Shown in pieces: positions 19,784 to 30,830 of a stretch of DNA of 64,000 nt. Numbering within the stretch: position 1 is the stretch's first letter; each line of letters opens with the position of its first letter. Under the pieces are notes generated by a model. The model worked only from the letters and a program-made list of their open reading frames with translations, had not been told where the DNA came from and ran no database searches. Source of the stretch: Picochlorum sp. SENEW3 (Eukaryota); contig CP120457.1 of assembly GCA_034226945.1 (NCBI GenBank), positions 930,001-994,000 of the forward strand, in the 5' to 3' direction. A program made the translations under genes and the position numbers.

Positions 19784-21352
19784 ATGGAGCGCTTCAGGGT
19801 AGCTGGTGTGGCTTCTGTGACAAGGATGGTATCTCATGTGTCAACATCAGAAATATCAGGCGCTTTGGGAGATTTAGGAACATTCCTTCCTTTGGTTGTG
19901 GGGCTTACTCAAGAAGTTGGTTTGGACCTGGGAACAACTCTGCTCTTCTCTGGAATTTACAATGTGCTGACTGGATTCTTGTTTGATATTCCAATGCCAG
20001 TGCAGCCCATGAAAACAATTGCTGCTGTAGCTTTGTCTGGTAATGGTTTGACGATTCCTCAAATCATGGCTGCTGGTATTTTTGTGTCTGCGTGTGTTCT
20101 TGTGCTTGGAGGGACTGGACTGATGGGTTTGGCAACACGAATGACTCCTCTGCCTGTTATTCGTGGTATGCAGCTCGGGGTGGGGCTAGCATTGTCCCAA
20201 AAAGGATTTCAGTATATTTGGTATCAAGGCGGGTCATCGCAAGATGGGATGAATGGTGTTTGGGGGCTGAGTGGAATCTTTGTGGGCATGTTTTTCATCG
20301 TCTTTATTCTTTTGAGTGTGTACAATGAGGTGGATGCTCAGGGATCTGTAGAATCTACTAGAGATGATCAAAAGATTGGTCAACGTAGTGATGATGGCAA
20401 GCCTTCCACGAGTGTCATGACGGGCGATGAGGATCATTGTATGGAGGAATCTCCTCCAGGAGTCATTGTTCCAATACCAGAAGAGCATAGGATGCATTGG
20501 AGCGCTCAATGTATGGAAAGTTTAGAAAAGAAAATACTGAAGCCTCTATATTTCTGTGGGGACAAGGCTAGTGAAGCTTGTGGGGAGCATGGCAATACGG
20601 CACAACTGCTTCCTCAGAATAATTCATGTGGATGTTCTCCTTTGCCAGCAGGGTCGAAACGAAATATACCAGCGGCATTTATTATAGTGCTGATAGGGAT
20701 TATACTCAGTATAGCTTTTAATCCTTCAATCGTGAGTGGTCTTTCGCTGGGTCCCTCCAAGCCATCTGTCATTATTCCACAGGGGGATGACTGGAGGAGT
20801 GGTATATTAAAGGCAGGCTTGCCGCAGCTTCCACTTACGCTGTTGAATTCAGTGATATCAGTGACACAACTGGCAAATGAATGGTTCCCTGATAGGTACT
20901 CGAGGCCTGGATCGATAGCAACATCCGTTGGGCTCATGAATTTGGTGGGTTGTTGGTTTGGAGCCATGCCAAGTTGCCATGGAGCTGGAGGACTGGCCGC
21001 TCAAGTCAGATTTGGTGCACGATGGGGTACCGCGCCTGTTTTACTTGGGTGCTTCAAAGTTTTTTTAGCGTTGATGTTTGGATCGTCTTTGTTGGTCTTG
21101 CTTCAAGACTTTCCCTTGGCAATGCTTGGAGCCATGCTTGTTTTCTCTGGAATAGAACTTGCCTCTGTTGCAAAGGGTCAAAAGGGCCCTCGAGGCCTTG
21201 CAATAATGTTTTTAGTGGCATCGATTGGTCTAGCTACAAAAAATATCGCTATAGGCGTTGTTACGGGACTTTGTTGTGCATATATACTGGCAATCTGGGA
21301 TGCTTGCCTTGATGGAGTTATTTATTTGAAAAAGAAATACCTTGTTACATAA
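19784..21352 (+). CDS. MOT1: Molybdate transporter MOT1 family
   Basis: SEISGALGDLGTFLP, PMPVQPMKTIAAVA, GLPQLPLTLLNSVI and FGAMPSCHGAGGLAAQVRFGAR motifs. Confidence 0.95.
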   Translation: MERFRVAGVASVTRMVSHVSTSEISGALGDLGTFLPLVVGLTQEVGLDLGTTLLFSGIYNVLTGFLFDIPMPVQPMKTIAAVALSGNGLTIPQIMAAGIFVSACVLVLGGTGLMGLATRMTPLPVIRGMQLGVGLALSQKGFQYIWYQGGSSQDGMNGVWGLSGIFVGMFFIVFILLSVYNEVDAQGSVESTRDDQKIGQRSDDGKPSTSVMTGDEDHCMEESPPGVIVPIPEEHRMHWSAQCMESLEKKILKPLYFCGDKASEACGEHGNTAQLLPQNNSCGCSPLPAGSKRNIPAAFIIVLIGIILSIAFNPSIVSGLSLGPSKPSVIIPQGDDWRSGILKAGLPQLPLTLLNSVISVTQLANEWFPDRYSRPGSIATSVGLMNLVGCWFGAMPSCHGAGGLAAQVRFGARWGTAPVLLGCFKVFLALMFGSSLLVLLQDFPLAMLGAMLVFSGIELASVAKGQKGPRGLAIMFLVASIGLATKNIAIGVVTGLCCAYILAIWDACLDGVIYLKKKYLVT

Positions 21353-21353
21353 T

Positions 21354-22760
21354 TCACCCACCAATTTTAACCATAGGTCTATTTTTGAGAGTATGGAGGA
21401 TGTCCATACCGGCATGTGCTGCTTTCTTCCTGTCCACAGCTGCTGATACAACGGCAAGCAAGTCTTCGTCTGTGGCCCCTTCCCTGAGGGCATCAAGCAG
21501 ACTCACCTCATTATTCCCAAAAAGGCACACTTTAATGTTTCCATCAGCCATCAGACGCACTCTGTTGCAGTCACCGCAAAATGTTGAGGTCATAGACGTG
21601 ATGAATGATACACTGCCCTTGAAACCAGGGACACGGAAGTTTTTAGCCACCTCTCCATGCCCATCTGCAAAGCGAACCAAACCATCTCCAGACGTCTCTT
21701 TAGCGTAGGTATTCACCGCTTTGAACATTTCTTTATATGATACGAGTTTTTCAGTAGACCATACATTTCCATCGAATGGCATGTACTCTATGAATCTAAC
21801 ATTGACATTCTTGTTCCTTGTGAGCTCCACAAAGTCTAGTATTTCATCATCATTGACACCCTTCATGACGACGACATTTATTTTGACTGGATTGTATCCA
21901 AGATCTAGTGATTTATTAATGCTTCCAAGGACCCTTTCATGACCTTTTCGTCTAGTCATTTGCTCGAAACGAGCAGGCTTGAGAGTGTCCAGAGAGAGGT
22001 TTATCAAAGACAAACCAGCATCTTTCAACTGTTCAAGTGACCGAGATAAGACTAACCCATTCGAAGTTATTCCTACATCCTTGATGCCTTCAATTGAAGA
22101 GATTTGTTTCACTATGTTTGCTAAATCCTTTCGAATGGTAGGTTCTCCTCCAGTAAGGCGAACCTTGTTGACCCCAGCAAGGGCAAACAGCTCGACCAGT
22201 TTGACAATCTCCTCCGTATTCAAAAGATGACCATGAGGAGTTAAATCCACTCCTTCTTCCGGCATGCAATACAAGCACCGCAGATTGCACTTTTCCGTCA
22301 ATGAAATTCGGAGATACGAATGCCTCCGAGCATGAGAATCCACAAGAGACCTCTGCAACAACCACTCTATGAATGACAAGCTCTGTACACCTCGTCCTCC
22401 CCTCATCTCCTTTTCATAGGCTTCTCGAGATATTTTGACACAGTCTCTCCAGTCCATGACCGACTGCTCTGTGGGCAAAGGTTGCTTTTTGGCCTGCAAC
22501 TTGAGCACTCGGTGCATCTCCTCTACAGATGGTAACGTCCGGCGCCACGCCTCTAGTGTTGACCGATTAAGAGCATTGCCTGCAGGAGTATATGATGAAT
22601 GAATTCTGAAGACTGACGGCGATGCATGCTGTTCCCTTGGTACTGATGTGGGCCCTGAGACGTGGGTATGTGGTTCCACCAGACCAACAACTGAAACGGG
22701 CTTGAGGAAGCAAGTCCGCAAGAAGCAAATGCCAATATCCCTTCCTTTGCGTGTTATCAT
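21354..22760 (-). CDS. CNX2: GTP 3',8-cyclase (MoaA/CNX2), Moco biosynthesis step 1
   Basis: YLRISLTEKCNLRCLYC radical-SAM motif, LTGGEP, FCGDCNRVRL..KVCLF and C-terminal IGG. The N-terminal extension is presequence-like. Confidence 0.96.
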   Translation of the reverse strand: MITRKGRDIGICFLRTCFLKPVSVVGLVEPHTHVSGPTSVPREQHASPSVFRIHSSYTPAGNALNRSTLEAWRRTLPSVEEMHRVLKLQAKKQPLPTEQSVMDWRDCVKISREAYEKEMRGGRGVQSLSFIEWLLQRSLVDSHARRHSYLRISLTEKCNLRCLYCMPEEGVDLTPHGHLLNTEEIVKLVELFALAGVNKVRLTGGEPTIRKDLANIVKQISSIEGIKDVGITSNGLVLSRSLEQLKDAGLSLINLSLDTLKPARFEQMTRRKGHERVLGSINKSLDLGYNPVKINVVVMKGVNDDEILDFVELTRNKNVNVRFIEYMPFDGNVWSTEKLVSYKEMFKAVNTYAKETSGDGLVRFADGHGEVAKNFRVPGFKGSVSFITSMTSTFCGDCNRVRLMADGNIKVCLFGNNEVSLLDALREGATDEDLLAVVSAAVDRKKAAHAGMDILHTLKNRPMVKIGG

Positions 22761-22812
22761 TATAATTATCTATATCACTCGATCTGTGGTGCATTGTGAG
22801 TAAAACGATTCA

Positions 22813-22908
22813 TAAAAGGGTTTTCAAAACCCTTTTACGAGTGGCTCAAATCCTCAAGATCACGAGTCCGGTACCCTCAAATATGAGTTCGACCCTTGAC
22901 CAAGGGTC
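22813..22908. promoter_or_regulatory. Two inverted repeats in the CNX2/kinase divergent promoter
   Basis: TAAAAGGGTTTT-C-AAAACCCTTTTA (22813-22837) and GACCCTTG-AC-CAAGGGTC (22891-22908). Confidence 0.5.
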
Positions 22909-23185
22909 ACCCGCATCTCCCATCAAAGGCATCTTACGACAGAACCACTCAGCGTATCCAGAGTGCGGTGCTCACATTTGGTACGGGACTCAAATATCAA
23001 GATTGTGGATTTTCGGCAGATCCCATTGACAATCCCATTGAAAAAATGTTCTACCGCCGGAAGAATACGATGACTCTATTCCTATAACACACAAAATGAC
23101 CCTTAAACATGCATGAGCCGTCTCGATCTTTATAGCACGCCCCAACTCTGACTTGGGTGCTCCAGGCAGTATCCAGCCAGTGGTC

Positions 23186-24454
23186 ATGGGTAATTGTCTG
23201 ACAATGACTGCGGACGATGGATATGGTGGACATAGAAACTGGGACTCACATCCGGCCAAACAACAGTGGATTGAGATTCATGAATTGGGATATGGGTCCT
23301 TTTCAAAAGTTGTCTTGGCCAAGCATGCTTTTGAAAAAAAGAGGGTGGCTGCCTTGAAAGTTGTGTTTATAGATGACCCGGAGCTGGATATTTCTACTGC
23401 AGAATCGTTGATTCAAGAGTCGACATTGCTGCAAGAATTGGATCATCCCAATATCGTAAAGTGTTATAGTGTTATCCCCTCACCCAAAGTGTTGGTTTTT
23501 GAGCTGGAATATCTCAAAGGGTGCAATGTGTTTGAAGGTCTATACTTCTTAAGGAACACATACAGTGAGAGAGATGCAGCAAAAATTTTTATACAGGTGG
23601 CTAAAGCAGTACAATACTTGCATTCCAAAGGGATTGTGCATAGAGATATTAAACCAGAGAATGTCGTGTTTGCTGAAAAACTACCAGAGCAGCAGACTGC
23701 CCTATCTATCGGCACTATTCCGACTGTGAAATTGTTGGATCTCGGTTTGGCGATGAGGTACAATCCGAATACTAAATCATCGGGGTGTTTGGGGAGTGCT
23801 GGGTTCATATCACCAGAGGTTATCAGGGGTGGGCAACACACACCTGCCATGGACATGTATGCATTGGGAGTTCTCTTATTTGTCATGTTGGTAGGAAGAA
23901 AGCCTTGGGATATACAGCAGTGTGAGAAATTGGCGTATCACAATATCCCGATAAAGGATGCACCAGGTCTGAAGGATCCTAGATGGCTTGATTTGTCTCC
24001 TGATGCAAAACATTTACTTATGGGAATGCTAACTCCTGATCCTTCGACACGATTTACTGCGGAGCAAGTATTGCAGCATGAATGGATTGAAACAGAAGGA
24101 GGAATAATAATTCGTCATCTGGGCAAGAGTATTGCCCTGGGTGCTGTGACAGTAGCAGAAATGCGACGACTGAGATGTATAAACAAAGGATTGTCAGCCA
24201 TTGATCAGGAGAATGATGACAGTCTTGCCAACTCTCAGAGCAAGCAAAAATACTTGGATGCCTTGGATAGATCCATACACAAAGAAAAAAGTATGCACGG
24301 AAGTAGTAGTTTTGTGGGGATGATGACAAGAACTCTCGCCACAAGGAGCTTCAGTATGGCACATGATACCGGCAAAAGTGTCCATGAGAGTGTCATCTTG
24401 GGAGGGTCCACCAGGAAAGGCACACATTTTAAGAAACACTTACATGCTATATGA
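23186..24454 (+). CDS. CAMK/CDPK-related Ser/Thr kinase, N-terminal MGNC acylation motif, no EF hands
   Basis: LGYGSFSKV, AALK, HRDIKPEN, DLG (DFG variant), SPE and DMYALG. ATG at 23186 gives MGNCL. Confidence 0.9.
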   Translation: MGNCLTMTADDGYGGHRNWDSHPAKQQWIEIHELGYGSFSKVVLAKHAFEKKRVAALKVVFIDDPELDISTAESLIQESTLLQELDHPNIVKCYSVIPSPKVLVFELEYLKGCNVFEGLYFLRNTYSERDAAKIFIQVAKAVQYLHSKGIVHRDIKPENVVFAEKLPEQQTALSIGTIPTVKLLDLGLAMRYNPNTKSSGCLGSAGFISPEVIRGGQHTPAMDMYALGVLLFVMLVGRKPWDIQQCEKLAYHNIPIKDAPGLKDPRWLDLSPDAKHLLMGMLTPDPSTRFTAEQVLQHEWIETEGGIIIRHLGKSIALGAVTVAEMRRLRCINKGLSAIDQENDDSLANSQSKQKYLDALDRSIHKEKSMHGSSSFVGMMTRTLATRSFSMAHDTGKSVHESVILGGSTRKGTHFKKHLHAI

Positions 24455-24505
24455 CCAAATGCATATCACTTTTCTCTATCTCTATGTATATAAATCATAA
24501 TGCTG

Positions 24506-26011
24506 TCAATCAAATACGTCATCGATGCCAACATCTGGATCCAGAATATCAGCCCCAAATGCTGAGACGTCAATACCATCCAAGATGAGGTTTTCTAGTG
24601 TTTCCTCCAAGCCTGTCTCTCCAATACATATGGCACCTCGTACTCGACCATCTTGTATAACTATACGAACAAAATTTCTATCAGGATGAGTTCCTGCGAC
24701 TCTACTGTACAGCCGAATATCATCATCTGTGCCATCATCATGCTCAAGTTTCTGACCATTATAGCATCCGAGGAAAATCACACGCTTGCCTAAAAACCGC
24801 GTCACATGCACAAACATCTCAAAAGCCAAATCAGAGGCCATTTGATCCTCCACGCCGAGCATACAGTGAGCAGCCCGGAGTCCCATGGACCTTGCCTGAG
24901 ACCATAGTCTCATTTGAAACCAAGGCGTCTTGCTATCATCGACAAGAGTGCATGCATCGCCGGCAGCATAGACATCTGGTACCGATGTTTTCATACTTGT
25001 ATCCACCAAAATTCCACCATCGTGCGGGGATCGATGCACAGAGGGTGGGACCCATGCCACTGCAGGGGCAGGGTCCACTCCAATGGCGCTCACCACCATG
25101 TCGACACTATATTCCTTTCCATTCGAGAGCGTAACCCTGATTTTGTCATCTTCGATTCTCCTAGACAACTCCAATACTTCACAATTTGTTTCTATATGAA
25201 GGCGTTTCGCCTCATTAGCTTGCGGCAGGTTTGTGAGGATGTCCAGTGTCCACTTGGGGCCAGCAGAGGACCCAGCACCAACTTTTAGATAGGTGCCGTC
25301 CTTTCGAGAAGAAGGTTGTTCATCAGCACGTGTCGACGAACTTCGAAAGTATTGGAGCTCTTCCAATAAAAACGCCCCAACTTCCCCATCAAAAAATGCA
25401 TCTCCAATTTGCTCATGCCGAACTATCCAGTATGTTTCAATACCACGAATTGCTGCTCTGCACACACACAGACACACTCTATCGTTGCTCTTTTGAAACC
25501 CCAAACACCAACATATGATATATCATGTCACAATAGAGAACCAAACGTACATAATATCAAGTGCTATACCACCATTTCCCACCACCATGAGAGATGTGCA
25601 GTGTTGTAACTGTTCATTCATCGAGGCAATGCTATCTGTATCCCGCAACACGGTCACCAGGTCACTATCCAACACCCTTTTCGGAGATGCTCCTGTGCAT
25701 ATGCATAACGTATCATACGACATGCTTGCCCCCGACGCCAGCGTTAACACCTTGCGCTCCACATCAACACCAGAAACCATGCCTTGAATACTCTTCACAT
25801 TCCTCAGATGAGAAAACGCCGATTCCCCACACTCCAATGCCACATCAACCTCCTCGACATTCTCTGAGATCACTTGCACCACTTTACTCTTCTTCAACAG
25901 CGCATCCGAAGACACAAGAAACACCTCATCATCCTTGGACATTCTCCCCAGCTCTTCTGCACAAGTCACCCCAGCCACTCCTCCTCCAACCACAATATGC
26001 CTCCGACCCAT
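24506..26011 (-). CDS. PYROXD1: Pyridine nucleotide-disulfide oxidoreductase domain protein 1; exons 26011-25551, 25457-24506
   Basis: VVGGGVAGVTCAE, VGNGGIAL, IGDAFFD, WFQMRLWSQA, FVHVTRFLG and LEETLENLIL. Confidence 0.88.
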
Positions 26012-26408
26012 GTGCAATTTTATACGAGTAAAATATATTTATACTGATGAGAAGATATGTAACAGCGTATGATATCTGTAATAGATCTAAAGTAACACAC
26101 AGCAAGGCTCAGGACGCATGCAGACTCAATCGTTCAGAAACCCATCTTCAAAACCCCCGACCTATTACCCATAAATAATGCGTACGGATATATTTTTAGG
26201 AAATTTTTAGAAAATCGAGGAGATTCATCATCATAGATGCAGACATGTCAGAAACGTCCTTAATTGAATGGATTTGAATTCTTTTTCTGCAACGTGCCGT
26301 ATCCCATGTTTCATCCCCAAAGCGACACAAAACTCCACTTTTCCCACCAAATTTATTTCTGTTCGAGTGTCGGATAAATCGGAAGGTCTTGCGCATATTC
26401 CTTCCGAG

Positions 26409-28574
26409 ATGTGGTGGGGTTCTTCCTCTCCTGCTCCTGACCCTTTTTCAAAGGTTTCGGAATTTCTTCAAATCCTTGCGGGTACAGACCTGATTGAAGA
26501 GTCTGATGACAATATTTGGAACATAGTATTAAGTATTAGCGATCCGCTGTGTCGATTTGCTCAGGGAAGATGGAACGACGTCGTTCGTGAAAATATTTCA
26601 GGGCTCGGTACGACAGCACAAAGTTTGATCGAATATTTTGGGCTTCGATGCGATATTTGACTGCTTTTGGATGTAATTGTGTAGTGCAAAATTCAAATAC
26701 GACGAGGAATTTGCAAACGTTTTTGTCATGGACAGCTGCAAGGTTGGAAACTCTGCAAGTGACAATGTTGACCAATCATGGTCTATCAAACGTGATCTAT
26801 CTTCAGCGCTTGTGTGTTGGCATGATGATGACCGACTATAGTTCTGATCTAAAGGGTATCTTGGCCTCTGATGGAAAAGGAGGCTCGTCGTTGGTTGACA
26901 GGATGACAGCATCTAGTATCACAGCATTGCTGGAGGTTTGTGATCAGGGGACACCAGGTGTGAAGAGGCCTTTGGAAGGCGATGTATTGGAAATGGAGTT
27001 GCTCAAATTCATAATCACTCTATGTATATTTGAGGGAAATGGGTTGTTGAAGGATGAGATGGGCGTGCTGGACTCCTGTATGAAGAGCCCGGGGATGGAC
27101 AAGCTTGCGTGTGTATTGCTGCATCGTTGGATTCATGCCACCAAGGAAACTCTTCCAAAGGCATGGATTGAGGAAGATGGCGATGTTTGTACTCAGGAAT
27201 CAGCATTGTCATCGATGACCAAAACATTCGTGTCACTTCCATGGCAGGCAACATCCATGTTGACAAGGGCAGCAGATGATGCCAATCCACAGGATACAAG
27301 CAACCTGTATCCGTCAGCTGATATCCTATGTTTTGCCATCTTGATCTTTTATTACCATGAAAGTAGCGCAAAGAAAGCGGTACCCAACGTGTTCAGAGAA
27401 TCTGTGAAGACTATTCAGGATGGATCCAAGACACAGGATCACACAATGATATCCTTCCCCATGTTTGTAGATACAATTGGATCGCGACTATCAGCGTCAG
27501 AATCATCAGCACTGTTATTGTATACTGTATTGCAAGGAAATTCGAGTTTTTATGCGTATTGCATGGTATGTTGATGTTTGTATGGTTGGATGTTTTGCTC
27601 TCTCTCCTCATCACAGTGCTCTTGCGTGTTCCCATTGCAGGCTCGAACTGATGTGGACATCATCATGGTACCCATTCTTCAGTTATTAATGGATTTTGAA
27701 AAGAGAAGTTTGACGCACGTGTACATTCTCATGATCATCATGCTCATCTTTTCTGAGGAGCCATCCCTTGCTCAGAACAGTGGTGACATTGTTCTCAAAT
27801 CCGTCTCATTTTACAAAGCACGGCAGCTGAAAAACATCAAACTCGACTCTCTCATGTATTTAGTATTACTGCACGTGGCACACTATAATATGCTGACGAC
27901 AAAGGATATGTACTTGCAGACAAACACATTGGCAACCTTGGCCAATGTGGGCCCTGCCATACGAGATCTGCATCCTATTGCGTGTCAAAAACTGTTGAAC
28001 ACATTGGAAAAGGTGAATGATAGGTTGGATAAGATAGAGAATTCAGATGGGACGGTGAATCATTCGTTTGGCCCGCTCGATGTCCAGTTGGCATCAGACT
28101 TTGTCAACATCATTTTGGAGGTATTGAATGCCATGATTGTGCACAATATCTCCTCCAACGCCAATTTATTGTATTCATTGATGCATAAGAAAGAATGTAT
28201 TGATAAAATTAGAGCAAAGTCCCAATATAGAGACGTATCAGAAAATATTGGAAGAGTTGTGGAGTATTTTGCAGAGAGAATTGAGCGGAAATCCCAAGCA
28301 CACCATGGAAGCCCATTGACATCTGAAGCCATCCAGGACGTCATTCAGGATTCCATCAAGGAATGGAGAAGTAGTGTATTAAAACCGTCTGTCGATTTGA
28401 AATTCTCATATGAAGAAGGTACGTATTGTGGTTGACACTCTTGTTATCATTATTGTTCCTGAAAATCACACATGGTTGTCTTGTCTTGTGTGTGTAGAAG
28501 CAAGCAATTCGGAATTTTTCGTTCCGTGTATCCTAGACATGATCAAGAAATCACCTTGGATACCAATAAAATAA
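26409..28574 (+). CDS. DYM: Dymeclin; exons 26409-26607, 26685-27565, 27641-28418, 28498-28574
   Basis: Three GT-AG introns keep the frame. Motifs LLLYTVLQGN..ARTDVD, DMYLQTNTLATLAN and LKFSYEEE..EFFVP. The start codon is uncertain (26268 is in frame). Confidence 0.85.
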
Positions 28575-28612
28575 TATTTATAGATGTACATAACACTCGT
28601 GGAAGTATTCAT

Positions 28613-29371
28613 TCATGATGACTGATGAGACAAGAATTGAATCACAATGAATTCAAATATCGCAAGGCCCACAACAATCTGCACAGCAGATTGAAAAGTT
28701 CTCTCATCCTCCTCCTTATCGTACAATCTCATCGTCCTAAAACTAGCAGTCTCCAAGTATGTCCCATAGATTGCCCTCCAAAACCCCATAACACCACACA
28801 CCTGAACTGCTGACACCCATGGCTCAAACAATCCGCTCACAGCAAGAGGCAACGTATCCGCCCATCCTTGCTCACCCACCAACACACCATTCTCCTGAGA
28901 CGCAACCAAGACCAACCAACTGGCATCAACAGGCATAGAAACCAGCCAGACAAACAACATATTCTTCAACAAACTGTGCAGTCGTTCAGCTGTCCTCAAC
29001 GAATATCCACCGGAAAGCAGCGACACAGCCACCCATGTCGAACATACTGTCGAACTAAATGATATAAATTCTATAAATCTCTCAGGATGAAACTTGAGAG
29101 GGGCCAATAGACCAGGGAAATGGGGCGAATTGATGATTGAAAAGATTTGTTTACAGGAGCAAAAGCTGAAAAGCACGAGCACATCCCCCACGAGTAGTTC
29201 CTCATTTTCAACCTCATAGTGTGCTTTAATAGGCACACATCTACCCACGCGAGCCCTATTGTATCCAAAATAGTGCCTCTGTGGTGGTTGAGTTTCGGAA
29301 GAAGAAACCCTATCAGAAACTCTACGACCCAGTCTGCAAAAAGGGCGATCTATTGCTCTGTATCCAATCAT
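28613..29371 (-). CDS. Hypothetical plastid multi-pass membrane protein
   Basis: R/S-rich N-terminus and several hydrophobic helices (LLVGDVLVLFSF...). Confidence 0.7.
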   Translation of the reverse strand: MIGYRAIDRPFCRLGRRVSDRVSSSETQPPQRHYFGYNRARVGRCVPIKAHYEVENEELLVGDVLVLFSFCSCKQIFSIINSPHFPGLLAPLKFHPERFIEFISFSSTVCSTWVAVSLLSGGYSLRTAERLHSLLKNMLFVWLVSMPVDASWLVLVASQENGVLVGEQGWADTLPLAVSGLFEPWVSAVQVCGVMGFWRAIYGTYLETASFRTMRLYDKEEDERTFQSAVQIVVGLAIFEFIVIQFLSHQSS

Positions 29372-29410
29372 TACATGACGTATTCAGAAACTAAATATCA
29401 ATTGGTAATA

Positions 29411-30548
29411 TTATTCATACACACGGCATTCGTCAGCTGAAGGATCTTGCTCACAGTACTGCTCCAGAGGATCCTCTGCTGCTGGCGGGGATGGAGGATT
29501 CAACCAGAACGAGCCAGGTGTCGTCAGGTCATCGAGACTAAAGTTCTCTGACCCTTCATCTCCAATGCAGTCAAACACGGCATCAGCATCACTGAAATCC
29601 TCTCCCTTTGTATAATACGACTCTGTGACAACCACTCTCATTCCAGCTGCCTTTCCAGCACTGAGTCCAATCTTGCTATCTTCAATCACAACACAGCGAG
29701 CAGGATCAACACCGAGTTCCTTTGCTGCGAGGTTGTAGATATCTGGCGCAGGCTTCTTCTTGGGTACCACATCACCAGCAAATACTCTCATGTTGGCAGC
29801 AATCTTGTCACCAAGCAACACCTTGACAATGTTGCTGACAGCGCGTTCATTGGATGTTGAGCACACAGCCACCTTGACACCCGCATCCATGGCTTCATGA
29901 ATCAAACGCACCACCCCAGGACGAACAGGAAGCTTTCCGCTTTCTATGAGTTCATTGAATATATCAGTCTTCATCTCATGAAGCTCTTTCAAGAATGCTT
30001 TCCTCTCCTCTGGATTTTTGATAGATGCCCAAGGCTCCACAGACTCATTCTGGCTAAAGTACGCATTCATCCTCTCTTTTCCACCTCCAACTTCAAGCAA
30101 CACACCATACTGTTCCAGACTCCAAGTATGAGGAATGCCTTTCCTTTCAAAAGCTTTGTTAAATGCCACTCTATGCCCTTCTGCTTCCGTGTCAACCAAG
30201 ACACCATCACAATCAAACAATAAAGCTTCAGGCCTGCATTGGTACATCAGTATCATTCGTATATTCCATTGCATTCTTCTTTGTTTTCATCATACGAGAA
30301 AAACATGCAATGACGACGCACCAATCAATATTCCTCAGAGCAGCAGCACTGCAGTTCCTCCTCTGCCTTGCTGACACTCGAGTCCCCCTGATGCATCCAG
30401 CCCCTCTCGATATGCGAGGTGAATGGAAAGAATTGTGCTGCTGCTGCCCATACTGTTGCGTCCTCAAGCAGTAGACCTTCTTGCTCTGAACACCATGTGT
30501 TGCAAGACAAGGCACATGTGCCATCCTCTGCATTGTCATTGTCATCAT
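29411..30548 (-). CDS. CBBY: CbbY-like HAD phosphatase (XuBP phosphatase), plastid, with CP12-like C-terminal extension; exons 30548-30322, 30233-29411
   Basis: ALLFDCDGVLVDTEAEGHRVAFN, GGGKERM, VAVCSTSNE, KKKPAPDIY and VIEDS. The tail is EDPLEQYCEQDPSADECRVYE. Confidence 0.93.
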
Positions 30549-30830
30549 GGGATCAATAAAAATGGGTATTCTATCGAACAAGAATCCAAATCAAATCAAC
30601 ATCAATGCGATTAACGATGGCATAGTGAACATGATCTCGACTCTGTGTAAGTTTCTACTACAACAGATGGGTGTTCTTATAGTATCATTTTACAGAGTTT
30701 TTCGGATCTTGTCGGATAATAATAGATAATCTCAGGATATCCAAATCTTCCGACACGTATCCCTGATAGCAATACCAATTCTCATCTCAATATTCTAAAT
30801 TCGAATTCATTTAAACGTGCTACAAGAGCA

